A stretch of DNA of 63,326 bases, filler included, from Octopus bimaculoides (GCF_001194135.2; 7 parts of 7 records of this genome joined end to end with filler, not necessarily neighbours in it), one strand, 5' to 3'. Counted from the whole stretch's first letter, positions 26,568-38,421 are shown. The notes: generated by a model from the sequence alone, not told the origin. Numbers and translations: made by a program.

Positions 26568-28104
26568 TATAAAAAAGAACAACCATGTTTTATTTCCTTC
26601 AGAATTATTTTTCTGCAGAAGCGAACCTTCTTTGTTTTCATTTAATTATTATTCTTTTTCTTGTCTGAACATATATGGAATCTGTATAGTTGTATATTTG
26701 TAATGTTCTGACTGGTAACAACATTACAGGAGACACCACAAACAAGGAAGATTGAAAAGTTGAGTCAGAGGCACAAAAGAGAACGATAAGGGAAATAACT
26801 TCTTTAAATATTGGATTCACATATTAGCACAGAGCCTGCAGCATCGGAGAAGTGGGTATGTCCTTTATATCGACCCCAGGAATAAACTGGGACTTCTATT
26901 ATCGACTCCGAAAGGATCAAAGGCAAAGTAAACCTCGGCGGAAATTACTTTAGATAAGATATTAAAATTACATGTTTAAAGTTTACTGTCACAAGATAAG
27001 ATGCAAAACGATAACAACACAAGGAAAGCAAAAAAAAACAAAAAAAAACAGCTACAATATGTGATATCCTAGAAGCTACAAACGCAAACTATATAATAAA
27101 TCACTTCAGTGACAAAGTTGCATAATGGTTGACATTCTATAATATATTGCATTATAATAACATAAACAAGAATTGCATACCGCATCTTTTGCTATGTAAG
27201 CTCAAACGGCTACAATATCTATTTTGTGATGGATATATAAAATTTTAAGCAATGGCTTCAGATGAAGCAGGAACAACTTAGTAAGACACATAAATTCAGA
27301 TACATACATACATGAAACCAGAATGGAGAAAGCTGATTCGAAAATCACAGATTCATTCCCTCACTGGAACTGTAAAGATCTGTAAAACTTTCCAGAAATT
27401 TATCATGTAGGTATACATGAGCATGTCTAGATATGCAGCTATATGCTTCAGAATACGTACACACAACAAAACATACAAATAATCGACACGTATATATTAA
27501 TACAAAAATACCCTGTTAATGTTCTTGAAAGTCCAATGTAAGAGCCTTCGATCTAGGTTAGAAAACGGTTCTTTTTGTATTGGTCAGAAATCTTGAAACA
27601 AAACTGAATAATGGTTTCCATCCATCCATCCATCCATCCATCCATACATCCATACATCCATACATACATACATCCATCCATACATACATACATACATACA
27701 TACATACATACATACATACTCTCATTTGAAGATGAATTTTAAGAAAAAAAAACTTCCTTAGTTTTGTAGATGAATTTGCCAGGCAAATAATTTCATTTTA
27801 TACTGTTTTGAAACTGAAATAATAGCAGCGTAGACGACCCATACGGACCACTAACACAACATAAAATGTCCATTAATAATTTTCATCTCACCAACTGCGA
27901 ATTTGTCATTGACACAGTTCCGTTTCATCTGGTTTCAAGGATGCTGTTTTCCAATATATATTGGCTTCGGGGTTATTAATATAATGTTTCATCTATGTCG
28001 ACCAGTGGTTCTGCTTGTTATTATCTGGTTCTCATATTTGTTAAAGTAACTTTGCATGTAGTTGTGATTAACGTATCCCCTCTCACTCTTTCTCTCTCTC
28101 TCTA

Positions 28105-28164
<60 letters not shown>

Positions 28165-29167
28165 GTTCTTTGCTTAAGTAGGGTCTCCTATGACATTACA
28201 TAGTACATCATATGAGGAATTAATCAGGCTCATTCCGTTAAATGTTCAGCCCGTAGTCTTTCTTACGTTCTTTTCTTTGACGAAAGCGAATCCAAAAATA
28301 CAAAAAAAAATGCATTTATCAAAAATGATACCAAGCTTCACTTGATAGGAGATATCAACATATCGAATATTACACTCATATAGCTCAAATTCGTCTACAC
28401 AAAGACATAGATAAAACATAGGAAACAATATCTATATTTATTTCTCCAGTTATATCTGTTCTGATAAAGTGATGTTTATCTTATCATAACATACTCATTG
28501 GATGACACAATTTGACTTCCCGTGAAATTTGTGCCTAAAGTATCTCCTCACATTACATGCGGAAACAACGCCCAATGGAGCTCCCTGTTGTTGCGTGAAA
28601 ATTATAGAATCTCAAAGTTTGGTGGAAGAACCATTAATAGAGTTAGCTGTACATCTGATCCGATGACGAGTTTCATCCCAGCAATCTGCATCTGAGCTAA
28701 TACCAACGGGCCCTAAAATCTCTCAATAAAAGGAAGCTAATTTTGAAACTGCTTACAAAGTCAAGGAAAAGACGCTTAAGGCACAAAACTTTCCAACAGG
28801 AACTACTTTTGAAAATCTTAAAATTAAGAAACCGATGAAATAAACGCAAATACCCTTTTTAAGGAAAACGAAGTATATATTCATTATTTACTTTGTATTT
28901 CTTCTTTTCGTGTGAAAAGTAACTATTTCCGGTCTATACATACATATATATATATATATATATATTCATACATACNNNNNNNNNNNNNNNNNNNNNNNNN
29001 NNNNNNNNNNNNNNNNNNNNNNNNNNNNNNNNNNNNNNNNNNNNNNNNNNNNNNNNNNNNNNNNNNNNNNNNNNNNNNNNNNNNTGTGTGTGTGTGTGTG
29101 TATGTATTAATATAATCCCCTAGGTGCAATATAATACCATAAATGAAAAACGTCATTGTTAGTGATC

Positions 29168-29443
29168 GTGACTAAGCCTGCCGAGCACGTATATTGCAAG
29201 AAATAATTAAGTACTCTAAATGCTGTAAGAAGCGCGCAGCATATACATACACTGACAAGGGAGTTGAACGTCTCAAAGACCACTGGACAAGGATAGCTTC
29301 ACCTATCAGTCGTAGGCTCGTCAGCAGTGACTACTCAAACTCACCCATGTCAGCATATATATATATACCGCGTGCTTCTTATAACATTACGAGATTTAAA
29401 CTCATATTCCTTGCAATATAGGTGCTTCGGCACCCTCAGTCAC
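29168..29443. mobile_element. Diverged foldback element (MITE-like), arms of about 130 bp
   Basis: gtgactaagcctgccgagcacgtatattgcaag...taagaagcgcgc...ctgaca pairs imperfectly with tgtcag...gcgtgcttctta...cttgcaatataggtgcttcggcaccctcagtcac. Confidence 0.7.
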
Positions 29444-30322
29444 AACTACCGCTCCCGCACTCTCTTTCTCACTCTCTCAATCTCTCACTCTCTCTTTCAC
29501 TCTCTCTGTCTTGTTCTCTCTCTCTCTCTCTCTCTCTCAATATATATATATATGAAGCAAAAATCAATACTTGACCGATTAAGCCAAATGATGTCGGCTG
29601 CTGTGCAATTGCATCATTCCAACAACTGAGGAAAGGCTCCAAGACAAACGGAACAGTAGCAGTAACCAAGTGAAAGTAACCGTTGCTGATTCGAGAATGC
29701 AGTTGAATATCTCCCACAAGTGTGGTTTACATATTATTCAAAACTGTCTTAGAAACTGTTTTTGGGAATTCTGTATGATCATTTTTCATCTTTCTGTATG
29801 AAATATTACGTGTTCGTATACGATATTTCGTTTTCATTTAGATGTTGACATTTGAAATGATGAATCGTGTTTTACATCAAACGCACGTCAGTCTTTTTAT
29901 GAATCTACTGAGATGCAATGTTGTAGATCTAATTTCCGAATGGTATGTCATATAGCAAACTATTTATCAACGATGCAAACGAGATTATTTGAATTTCATC
30001 TGTGTTAATTATGTAACATTTTATTCAAATCAAAAATCTAGTAACATAGGGAGGATTCGGTTGAAATTTTTAGACGCATCGTTCACTACTACATTGTCGA
30101 AAATGTGTCTCACTAGTCTTATGTGTAGCGCGTTATCGTTTAAGAATGTCAGGTCTAATCTATTCAAGAATCCCGGAATAACATTCGACGATGTTTAACT
30201 ACGGAATTTACGATAGAAGTGAAATACACAAAAAATTTTGGATGGATATATATCCCCAATTTTACTAAAAAGTATGAGAGAAAGAAATAGCCCGCGCTCT
30301 TAACCACTGCGCCATATACCCG

Positions 30323-30400
30323 TATAGCGTAGTGGTTAATAGCGTGAGCTATTAACCCCAAGATTCCGAGTTCGATTCCAGGCAGTGACCTGAATAATGA
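30323..30400 (+). mobile_element. tRNA-like Pol III head (A box tagcgtagtgg, B box gagttcgattcc) followed by an (AAT)n tract
   Basis: A and B boxes are present but there is no complete cloverleaf acceptor stem, so this is SINE-like rather than a tRNA gene. Confidence 0.6.
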
Positions 30401-30470
30401 CAATAACAATAATAGCAATAATAATAACAACAATAATAACAATAATGCTAGTAATAATAATAATAATAAT

Positions 30471-30539
<69 letters not shown>

Positions 30540-30540
30540 T

Positions 30541-30634
30541 TGGCCTTGGCCTTGAAAAGTGTGCCAAAGCCACTTTTAAGAAAGGGAAACTAGTAAAGTC
30601 ATATTCAATAGAATTAGATGTCGAAACAGTAATA
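30541..30634 (+). mobile_element. R4/Dong-like non-LTR retrotransposon RT fragment (5'-truncated)
   Basis: FGL(GL)EKCAKATFKKGKLVKSYSIELDVETVI matches the FGLxKCAK motif that follows YMDD in R4-clade reverse transcriptases; runs into a gap. Confidence 0.65.
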
Positions 30635-31235
30635 NNNNNNNNNNNNNNNNNNNNNNNNNNNNNNNNNNNNNNNNNNNNTTAATTAATTAANNNNNNNNNN
30701 NNNNNNNNNNNNNNNNNNNNNNNNNNNNNNNNNNTATATACAAAATCATAGATTAACTTGCTTTAAGACTATTCTTTCCTTCTACATTTTCACTCTTACT
30801 TCGTTCTTCATCCTCTCTCCCATTTAATAGCTTTCTTCTATCCCTCTGTCTCTAACATATTTTTCATGACACAGAAACGTAAAAACACACACGACCACAC
30901 ATACGTGATCTGTGACAACAACATACACATAAACATATACACACATCAACATTATAGATATAAGATTTAGTTTCTGTGTGTTTCTTATAAAGCACGCACA
31001 CGCGTTCTCCCTTCCTCTCTTTCTCTCTCTTCATTGCTCCCGTTCTCTATTCCTTTCTCCACCTCTCTCTTTTCCTTTCTCCCTCTTCTCTCTCGCTCTC
31101 TCAAACCCATACACGCGCACGTACACACAAGCATTCACTACAATATAACTCATGTTCGTCAATGTTTTGTAAATATACAAACTACAGACCTTATGTACAA
31201 GACATTGCAAATCAGTGAACTGCATTACAAATGTA

Positions 31236-31437
31236 GGTAATTTTTCAGATTAACACCCGCACGATTTTTACTAGGGTGTTAGTGTTACGGTTTTTAGGTC
31301 AGGGTTAGGGTTTTAGAGTTAGGGTTATGGTTACGGTTAGGGTTAGTGTTACAATTACGGTTTTAGGGTGAGGTTAAGGGTTTTAGGTTTAGGGTTAGGG
31401 TTTTGTAATCGTGCGGGTGTTAATCTGAAAAATTACC
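31236..31437. mobile_element. Merlin-like MITE with perfect 31-bp TIRs and a TTAGGG-like interior
   Basis: GGTAATTTTTCAGATTAACACCCGCACGATT at 31236-31266 and its exact reverse complement at 31407-31437; flanks cAAATGTa / gAAATGTg look like an eroded 8-bp TSD. Confidence 0.8.
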
Positions 31438-32567
31438 GAAATGTGAAAACTACCGACCCTCCCATTTGCTATAACTTTTATTGTTCTGTTTAATATGTAC
31501 ATAGATTATGCCTTCAAAGAACAGAGCTTGCTGGAGAAAGAAAGCAACCGGTTTCAAAAGACAGCAACAAACTGCAGCAATTCACCACATTCCAGAAGCT
31601 ACTTTGAACATAATGCAAAATGGTGCATCAACATCTACTGCCCAATCTGATAGAATTCTGGCAGTACTGTGTAGCAACAGATCGCCAGCAACTGCTTCAT
31701 CAGAAATTGCCGTCCTACCTCCTGCGAAAAGGAATTACCCTGCTATGTATAATCAAGGCAGCGCAAAAAGTTGTTTTGCACAAGCATTTGTATAGCCAAT
31801 TAGACGGATGAAATTTACGTACGCTTAATAATGTTACGCAAAACAGCCTTCAGACTTTCCCTATTAATTTCATCGTCGTTTGNNNNNNNNNNNNNNNNNN
31901 NNNNNNNNNNNNNNNNNNNNNNNNNNNNNNNNNNNNNNNNNNNNNNNNNNNNNNNNNNNNNNNNNNNNNNNNNNNNNNNNNNNNNNNNNNNNNNNNNNNN
32001 NNNNNNNNNNNNNNNNNNNNNNNNNNNNNNNNNNNNNNNNNNNNNNNNNNNNNNNNNNNNNNNNNNNNNNNNNNNNNNNNNNNNNNNNNNNNNNNNNNNN
32101 NNNNNNNNNNNNNNNNNNNNNNNNNNNNNNNNNNNNNNNNNNNNNNNNNNNNNNNNNNNNNNNNNNNNNNNNNNNNNNNNNNNNNNNNNNNNNNNNNNNN
32201 NNNNNNNNNNNNNNNNNNNNNNNNNNNNNNNNNNNNNNNNNNNNNNNNNNNNNNNNNNNNNNNNNNNNNNNNNNNNNNNNNNNNNNNNNNNNNNNNNNNN
32301 NNNNNNNNNNNNNNNNNNNNNNNNNNNNNNNNNNNNNNNNNNNNNNNNNNNNNNNNNNNNNNNNNNNNNNNNNNNNNNNNNNNNNNNNNNNNNNNNNNNN
32401 NNNNNNNNNNNNNNNNNNNNNNNNNNNNNNNNNNNNNNNNNNNNNNNNNNNNNNNNNNNNNNNNNNNNNNNNNNNNNNNNNAACCGGTACTGAAATGTTT
32501 GTAATAAAATTATTTTAGCATTTTCTACGTTGACTTTTTCCATATATATAAGTGTGTGTGTGTGTGT

Positions 32568-32604
<37 letters not shown>

Positions 32605-32855
32605 TGTGTGTGTATGTATATATATGTAAATATATGTATGCATACATATATATATGCATATATGTGTATGTTTGAGTGTATATGTGTGTGTGTGAATGTG
32701 TGTGTATGTATATGTATGCATGTATTTGTGTATGTGTGTGTATATGTGTCTGTGTGTATGTATTTATGTATTTATGTATGTATGTATGTATGTATATGTC
32801 TATGAATTGGGGTGTAGCTGTCGACATATGTAAATCATATTTATATAGACAACTA

Positions 32856-33490
32856 TCTATAAATATAAAGATGAGAGTGTGTGTCTGTGTGTCTGTCTGT
32901 GTGTCTGTCTGTGTGAATCCTTAAAACTTGAGAACAACATAACCAATTTCATTCAAATTTTATACATGCCTTACTTAGGGTTCACGTAGTGTTTTAGGCC
33001 CAAAACTTTTAACTTCTAACCTACTTCGAGCCCAATGCAATATCGCAGCTCCTCCANNNNNNNNNNNNNNNNNNNNNNNNNNNNNNNNNNNNNNNNNNNN
33101 NNNNNNNNNNNNNNNNNNNNNNNNNNNNNNNNNNNNNNNNNNNNNNNNNNNNNNNNGAGCTCCATTTTTCAGGAGCAAAATTCTTTTAGGGTCCATGTAG
33201 TGTCTTGGGCCAAACATTTTTTTAACTTCCTGCATAGTTCGAGCCCACAGCAATATCATATCTCCTCCACTATTTCAGTATTATGTGTCAAAAGTGAAAC
33301 AATAATATTACTCTACTGTAATGTCAGATACTTTCACTCTAGCACTGAAACTATTCCACTATTTCAGTATTACCTGTCAAAAGTGAAACAATAACATGTC
33401 GCTACTGTAATTTCAAATATTTTCACTTTAATATTTTCAATTTCATACTGAAACTATTAAAGTGAGACTATACTCTCACATATATACAGG
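32856..33490 (+). mobile_element. Non-autonomous Helitron/Helentron-like element with internal subrepeats (inverted copy at 34845-35173)
   Basis: Starts A|TCTATAAATATAAAG followed by (GTCT/GT)n and aaccaatttcattcaaatttt; internal tandem units of about 89 bp at 33268-33445. Confidence 0.55.
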
Positions 33491-34612
33491 CTTACTATAA
33501 AACCCAAGTTAAAAAATTAAAAACCCAAGTTAAAAAATTAAAAACCTCAATATGAAAAAAATATATTCCTTTATATGTTTTTCATATTGAGGTTTTTAAT
33601 TTTTTACATTTTATCTCTTATTTTTATTTTTATTTTTATTCTTATCAGTTTAAATATTCTTTAATATTTTTCAGTTCTTATTTTATTGTTTATTTCTTAG
33701 TCATTACATTATTAATTGGGGGTACTAATATTTCCTTTCACTAGTATACTATATTACTCTGTATTTTGAATTTTGCCTTTTAANNNNNNNNNNACCCCCC
33801 CCCCCCCCATTATAACGTATTTCGCTTTTCTTGTTGACATGTTTATTGATGTATTCTTTAAGGTCTTCTATGTTTAATTATCAGTTCCACTTCCTTCACC
33901 CTCCTTCATCTAGATAAGGATATGTAGATAGGTTAGTACACTTAAGTTGTAATTCGCTTAGGTTGACCACTGACCACTCACCACAAGAATATCATGTTTC
34001 AGGTTTCTTGTCCCAAGTCTATTCTCGCATGACACTTCTTATTTACGACCCTCCACTGAGATAGACAGACACAGCTCATACATATCTATCCCTTACGACC
34101 TTTAAGATCTCTGTATCTATTCTATTTATCACTTTATCTTCTTCTACATTCAGATTGTTCCTCACCACCCTTCACCAACCCATCGAAATAGCTTCGATGT
34201 AGCTTACTTGACTCCCGTTATTTTTTATTTTTTTATTTTTTAAAATTATTTATTTATTTTTTATATTTTTTTATATTTTATTTTTTATATTTTTTATTTT
34301 ATTTATTTTTTATTATTTTTTATTTTATTTTAAGTTTTATTTTTATTTTAAGTTTATTCTTACTTTTTTACATGAATATCTGTGTATGTCTTTTTATGGT
34401 GTTGTATTGTTCGTAACCACCAACTTAACACTACACACCGAATCGTCGCAAGGTATGGAAGGTTTTCGAAGGACCGGAGAGATTATGTCTGGGTGGAGAA
34501 TTATAACAGATATAGTACTATACAAAATACCGAAAGGATCTTCACCTCTTACATCACACATTTCCTCTTACTTCAACGTCGAGATAGTATAATTTCCTGG
34601 GAGAGAGATAAT

Positions 34613-34727
34613 TTTTGCGGCTGAAGATAACTTTACATTGTAGATTATACACATTATGTTATGTTATATTATATTATGTTATATTATATTATACACATGT
34701 AGAGCTTGAAACACGTGTACCGCGGAA
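34613..34727 (+). ncRNA. Minimal type I hammerhead ribozyme (Penelope/retrozyme type)
   Basis: Stem I ttttgcgg/ccgcggaa; core CTGAAGA at 34621-34627; stem II taactttaca/tgtagagctt; GAAA at 34708-34711; palindromic stem III acacgtgt; GUA cleavage triplet ending at 34719. Confidence 0.7.
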
Positions 34728-35711
34728 TCCTTTGTAGTTTTGTTATTTTTTTCTTTTGGATTTACAATTTATATANNNNNNNNNNACACACACATATATA
34801 TAACATATATATATATTATATATATATATGTATGTATATATGTATGTATATGTGAGATAATAGTTTTACTTTAATAGTTTTTGTATTAAAGTGAGACTAT
34901 TAAAGTGAAACTGTCTGACATTACAATAGAGAGATGTTATTGTTTCACTTTTGACACGTAATATTGCAATACTGGAGGAGCTGCGATATTGCATTGGGCT
35001 CGAAGTAGGTTAGAAGTTAAAAATTTTGGGCCTAAAACACTACTTGGACCCTAAGTAAGGCATGTATAAAATTTGAATGAAATTGGTTATGTAGTTCTCA
35101 AGTTTTAAGGATTCACACAGACAGACACACAGACAGACACACAGACACACACTCTCATCTTTATATTTATAGATAGTTGTCTATATAAATATGATTTACA
35201 TATGTCGACAATTACACCCCAATTCATAGACATATACATACATACATACATACATACATAAATACATACACACAGACACATATACACACACATACACAAA
35301 TACATGCATACATATACATACACACACATTCACACACACATATACACTCAAACATACACATATATGCATATATATGTATGCATACATATATTTACATATA
35401 TATATACATACACACCCACACACCCACACACACTTATATATATGGAAAAAGTCAACGTAGAAAATGCTAAAATAATTTTATTACAAACATTTCAGTACCG
35501 GTTCCCATCATTGAGACTTTTTCAGCTGCAAGTATGGAAAACATTTAAAGTTTTGAAAAATTAAATGAAAATTATTTTAAAAGAATATTTGCATAGTATT
35601 AAAATCCAATAGGCATTTTCCTTCTTTCTACCTGTCTCTGTCTGTCTTGCTTACTATTGTGGGTTCGAAGTCGAAAGCACAAGAGTAAACAGAAACTACT
35701 TTGAGCTTTTT

Positions 35712-35758
<47 letters not shown>

Positions 35759-35907
35759 CAACTAGTGTATTCTTTTTCAACCCTCTCTCTCTCTCTCTCT
35801 CTCTCTCNNNNNNNNNNNNNNNNNNNNNNNNNNNNNNNNNNNNNNNNNNNNTTAATTAATTAANNNNNNNNNNNNNNNNNNNNNNNNNNNNNNNNNNNNN
35901 NNNNNNN

Positions 35908-36345
35908 GAAACAATATTTTATTCTGGAAAAATTAACAATAGAAATGTTTTGATTAGTCAAAGTATGAGCCGTGAACATCTATGTATCTCTGTCATCAAT
36001 CAACGAGATTATTTATGCCACATTGATAAAAAACTTATTGGCTTTGATGCTAAGAAATCTATGAAAGCTGATACCGCCTCTGATTTGGATCTGAAAGTTT
36101 TATCACTTAAAAATGTGTTTAAACACTTTAAAAAATGGTAGTCAATGGGTGAAAGATCAGGAGAATATGGAGGATGTGGTAAAGTCTTGTATCCCAAGTC
36201 TGTGAGTTTCTGCAGCATCATTCTTGCAATATGTGGCTTTGCATTATCATGGAGCAGAATTGGGCCATGCCGATTCACCAATGTGTGTCTCATTTTTTGC
36301 AAGTGAGCCTGCATTTCAGCGAGTTGATTGCAGTAAACCTCTGCT
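35908..36345 (-). mobile_element. Mariner transposase C-terminal fragment
   Basis: ILLHDNAKPH...HPPYSPDLSPIDYHFL (second and third Asp, DD34D spacing). Confidence 0.9.
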
Positions 36346-36462
36346 GTTTATTTGTGGTCGTGTGCCTATGTTAGAAACAATTGTTGTTGCTGTTTAGTGT
36401 CAAGAAGTTTCTTGAAAATTGATTTTGATGTATTTTCATTTTGTTTTCCTGTCTATTTACAG

Positions 36463-36500
36463 CTATCAAAGGAACCAGTTTCTGCACCTCAGCCAGGAGG
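36463..36500 (+). CDS. SLC44A1: Choline transporter-like protein exon: (A)IKGTSFCTSARR
   Basis: tttacag acceptor and gtatga donor, phase 1 to 0; matches human CTL1 AINSTNFCTSAKD and joins in frame to the next exon. Confidence 0.8.
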
Positions 36501-36664
36501 GTATGAGATCTTTCTCATATTATACATTTTCTTCTCAGTCAACATATATAGCTATCCTTGTCACTAGTAGTTAGACCACAAATCCATATAATGTTGTCAG
36601 AACTGTGCTATGTCTAAGATGTATACATTTTGTTAATTAAACGACTGGGTACTCTTTGCAGTAA

Positions 36665-37570
36665 GCGATACAGTCCATATAAAGTACATTGAGGCACCAT
36701 ATGAAGATACAGTCCATCTAGCTGTAAATAGATACCATGTGGAGGTGAAATCCACCTAGCTATAACTAGGTATATAGTGGAGACATGGTACAACTAGCTG
36801 TGATTATGTACGATGTTGAGGTACAGGCCACCTAACTGTAAATAAGTACATCTAAAGATATTGTTTACATAGCTGTAAATAGGCATCATGTTAGGAGACA
36901 GTCTCCATAGTTGTCTGTATATGCTTCATGTAGAGATACAGCCCTCTGAATCTGTAAATAGGTACTGTATATGTGAAAGAGCATGGTTTAGTGGTTAGAG
37001 TATTTGGCTCACAATTGTAAGGTCATCAGTTCGATACCCAGTGGTACGTTGTGTCCTTGAGTAAGACATTTTATTTCACATTGCTCCAGTCCACTCAGCT
37101 GAAAAAAGCAAGCAGTACCTGTATTTCAAAGGGCCAACCTTGTCATATTCTGCATTATGCCGAATCTCCCTGAGAGCTATGTTAAAGGCACGTGTATCTG
37201 TGAAATGCTCAGCCATTTGCATGTTAATTTCATGAGCTGGTTGTTCTGTTGATCAGTTCAACTGGAACTCTCATCTTCATAACCAAAGGAGTGCCAGTAA
37301 AGTAAAGGTACTGTATGGAGTTACTGTCCACCTAAATGTAAATAGCTACAATGTGGAGATACAATTCACCTAGTTATAAATAGATATCTTGTGAAAGTAG
37401 AGTCCACCTGGTTGTAATAGGTACCATATGGAGGTACATTCCAACTAGCTTTAAGTAGATACCTTGTAGAGGAACAGTCCATGTAGCACTCATCAGATAC
37501 CATGTGACAGAACTGTCCACCTAATAGTAAATAGAGACCATGTGGGGGCACAGTCCACCTAGCTGTAAAT
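36665..37570. repeat. Diverged 38-bp minisatellite (consensus about GTACCATGTGGAGGTACAGTCCACCTAGCTGTAAATAG) interrupted by a SINE
   Basis: Recurrent cagtccacctagctgtaaatag and ataccatgtggag units. Confidence 0.8.
36971..37305 (+). mobile_element. Full-length tRNA-derived SINE (third family) with 11-bp TSD
   Basis: A/B boxes (tggtttagtggtt, agttcgatacc); TSD aggtactgtat at 36960-36970 and 37306-37316. Confidence 0.8.
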
Positions 37571-38292
37571 AACCTTAGGATGACCAAAGTCTTGTGAAAT
37601 TTGTTTGATAGAAACTATGAAAGTTCATCAGAGGTATTGCCTTTGTTCTTAGTGGGCAGATTTTATCCATTGTCAGGTTAAACACTACCACCTGGTTATC
37701 GGGTTTGCTTTTCAGGGCCCTCTCTGTTGTGATAGTCTTCTCCCTTTCTTCGACCAGACTTGAAAATGTCCCTGAGTTATTTTGTTTGCCTTCTTGATTA
37801 ACCCAATTATAAGATCTATAAGGACGCCATTGTTGTAAACCAATTCAAAAGAAGACTTTTATTCAAACTTTCTTCTGCTTGCCATCTAATCCGTTGATCA
37901 TGGCTACCTGACAATTAAGCATGGTTTTTAATATTAGGTAAAGACAGCATCCATTTATCAACATCATTAGATACTGCACTGCACTGCACTTTCATATTTA
38001 ATTCAGAATAGAATTTCTATATTTTTATCTGCTATTTACTATTATAGAAAAGAATTAATAAGAGAATAGTATAGTTCATGACATCCATAAAGTAAGAAAA
38101 GTACACATAAGTTAGTACAGGCAATATATGTATGTATGCTACGTTTATTAAATTTTCGGTATCATTTTGTTTTAATTTTCAATGAATCTTCTTTCAATGA
38201 TACAAAATTTTTGTCACATTGAAATTTTAACATTTCAATATTTCCTTAACTTTATATTACAACCAAAAATACTCTTTGAATTCTAATTCCAG

Positions 38293-38421
38293 GCATTTAA
38301 TCTTTTGGTTAATAATGTCCTACGTGTGGCTGCAATCAACAGTGTTGGTGATTTTCTGCTCTTCTTGACGAAAATCTGTATTATGGTCCTCACTGGTGCT
38401 ATAGGAATTGCATGGTTTAAG
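38293..38421 (+). CDS. SLC44A1: Choline transporter-like exon: [43 protein letters not shown]
   Basis: ccag/gtaaga boundaries, 129 nt, phase 0-0; matches human CTL1 [27 protein letters not shown]. Confidence 0.92.

Noticed and set aside
30323-30385. Functional tRNA gene
   Set aside because: A and B boxes are present but there is no proper acceptor stem, and it is followed by a simple-repeat tail; SINE-like.
36352-36420. NNCCCCL peptide resembling the Cys-rich CTL1 segment
   Set aside because: It derives from a short (TGT)n run beside a mariner fragment, lacks splice signals and lacks the NAY motif.
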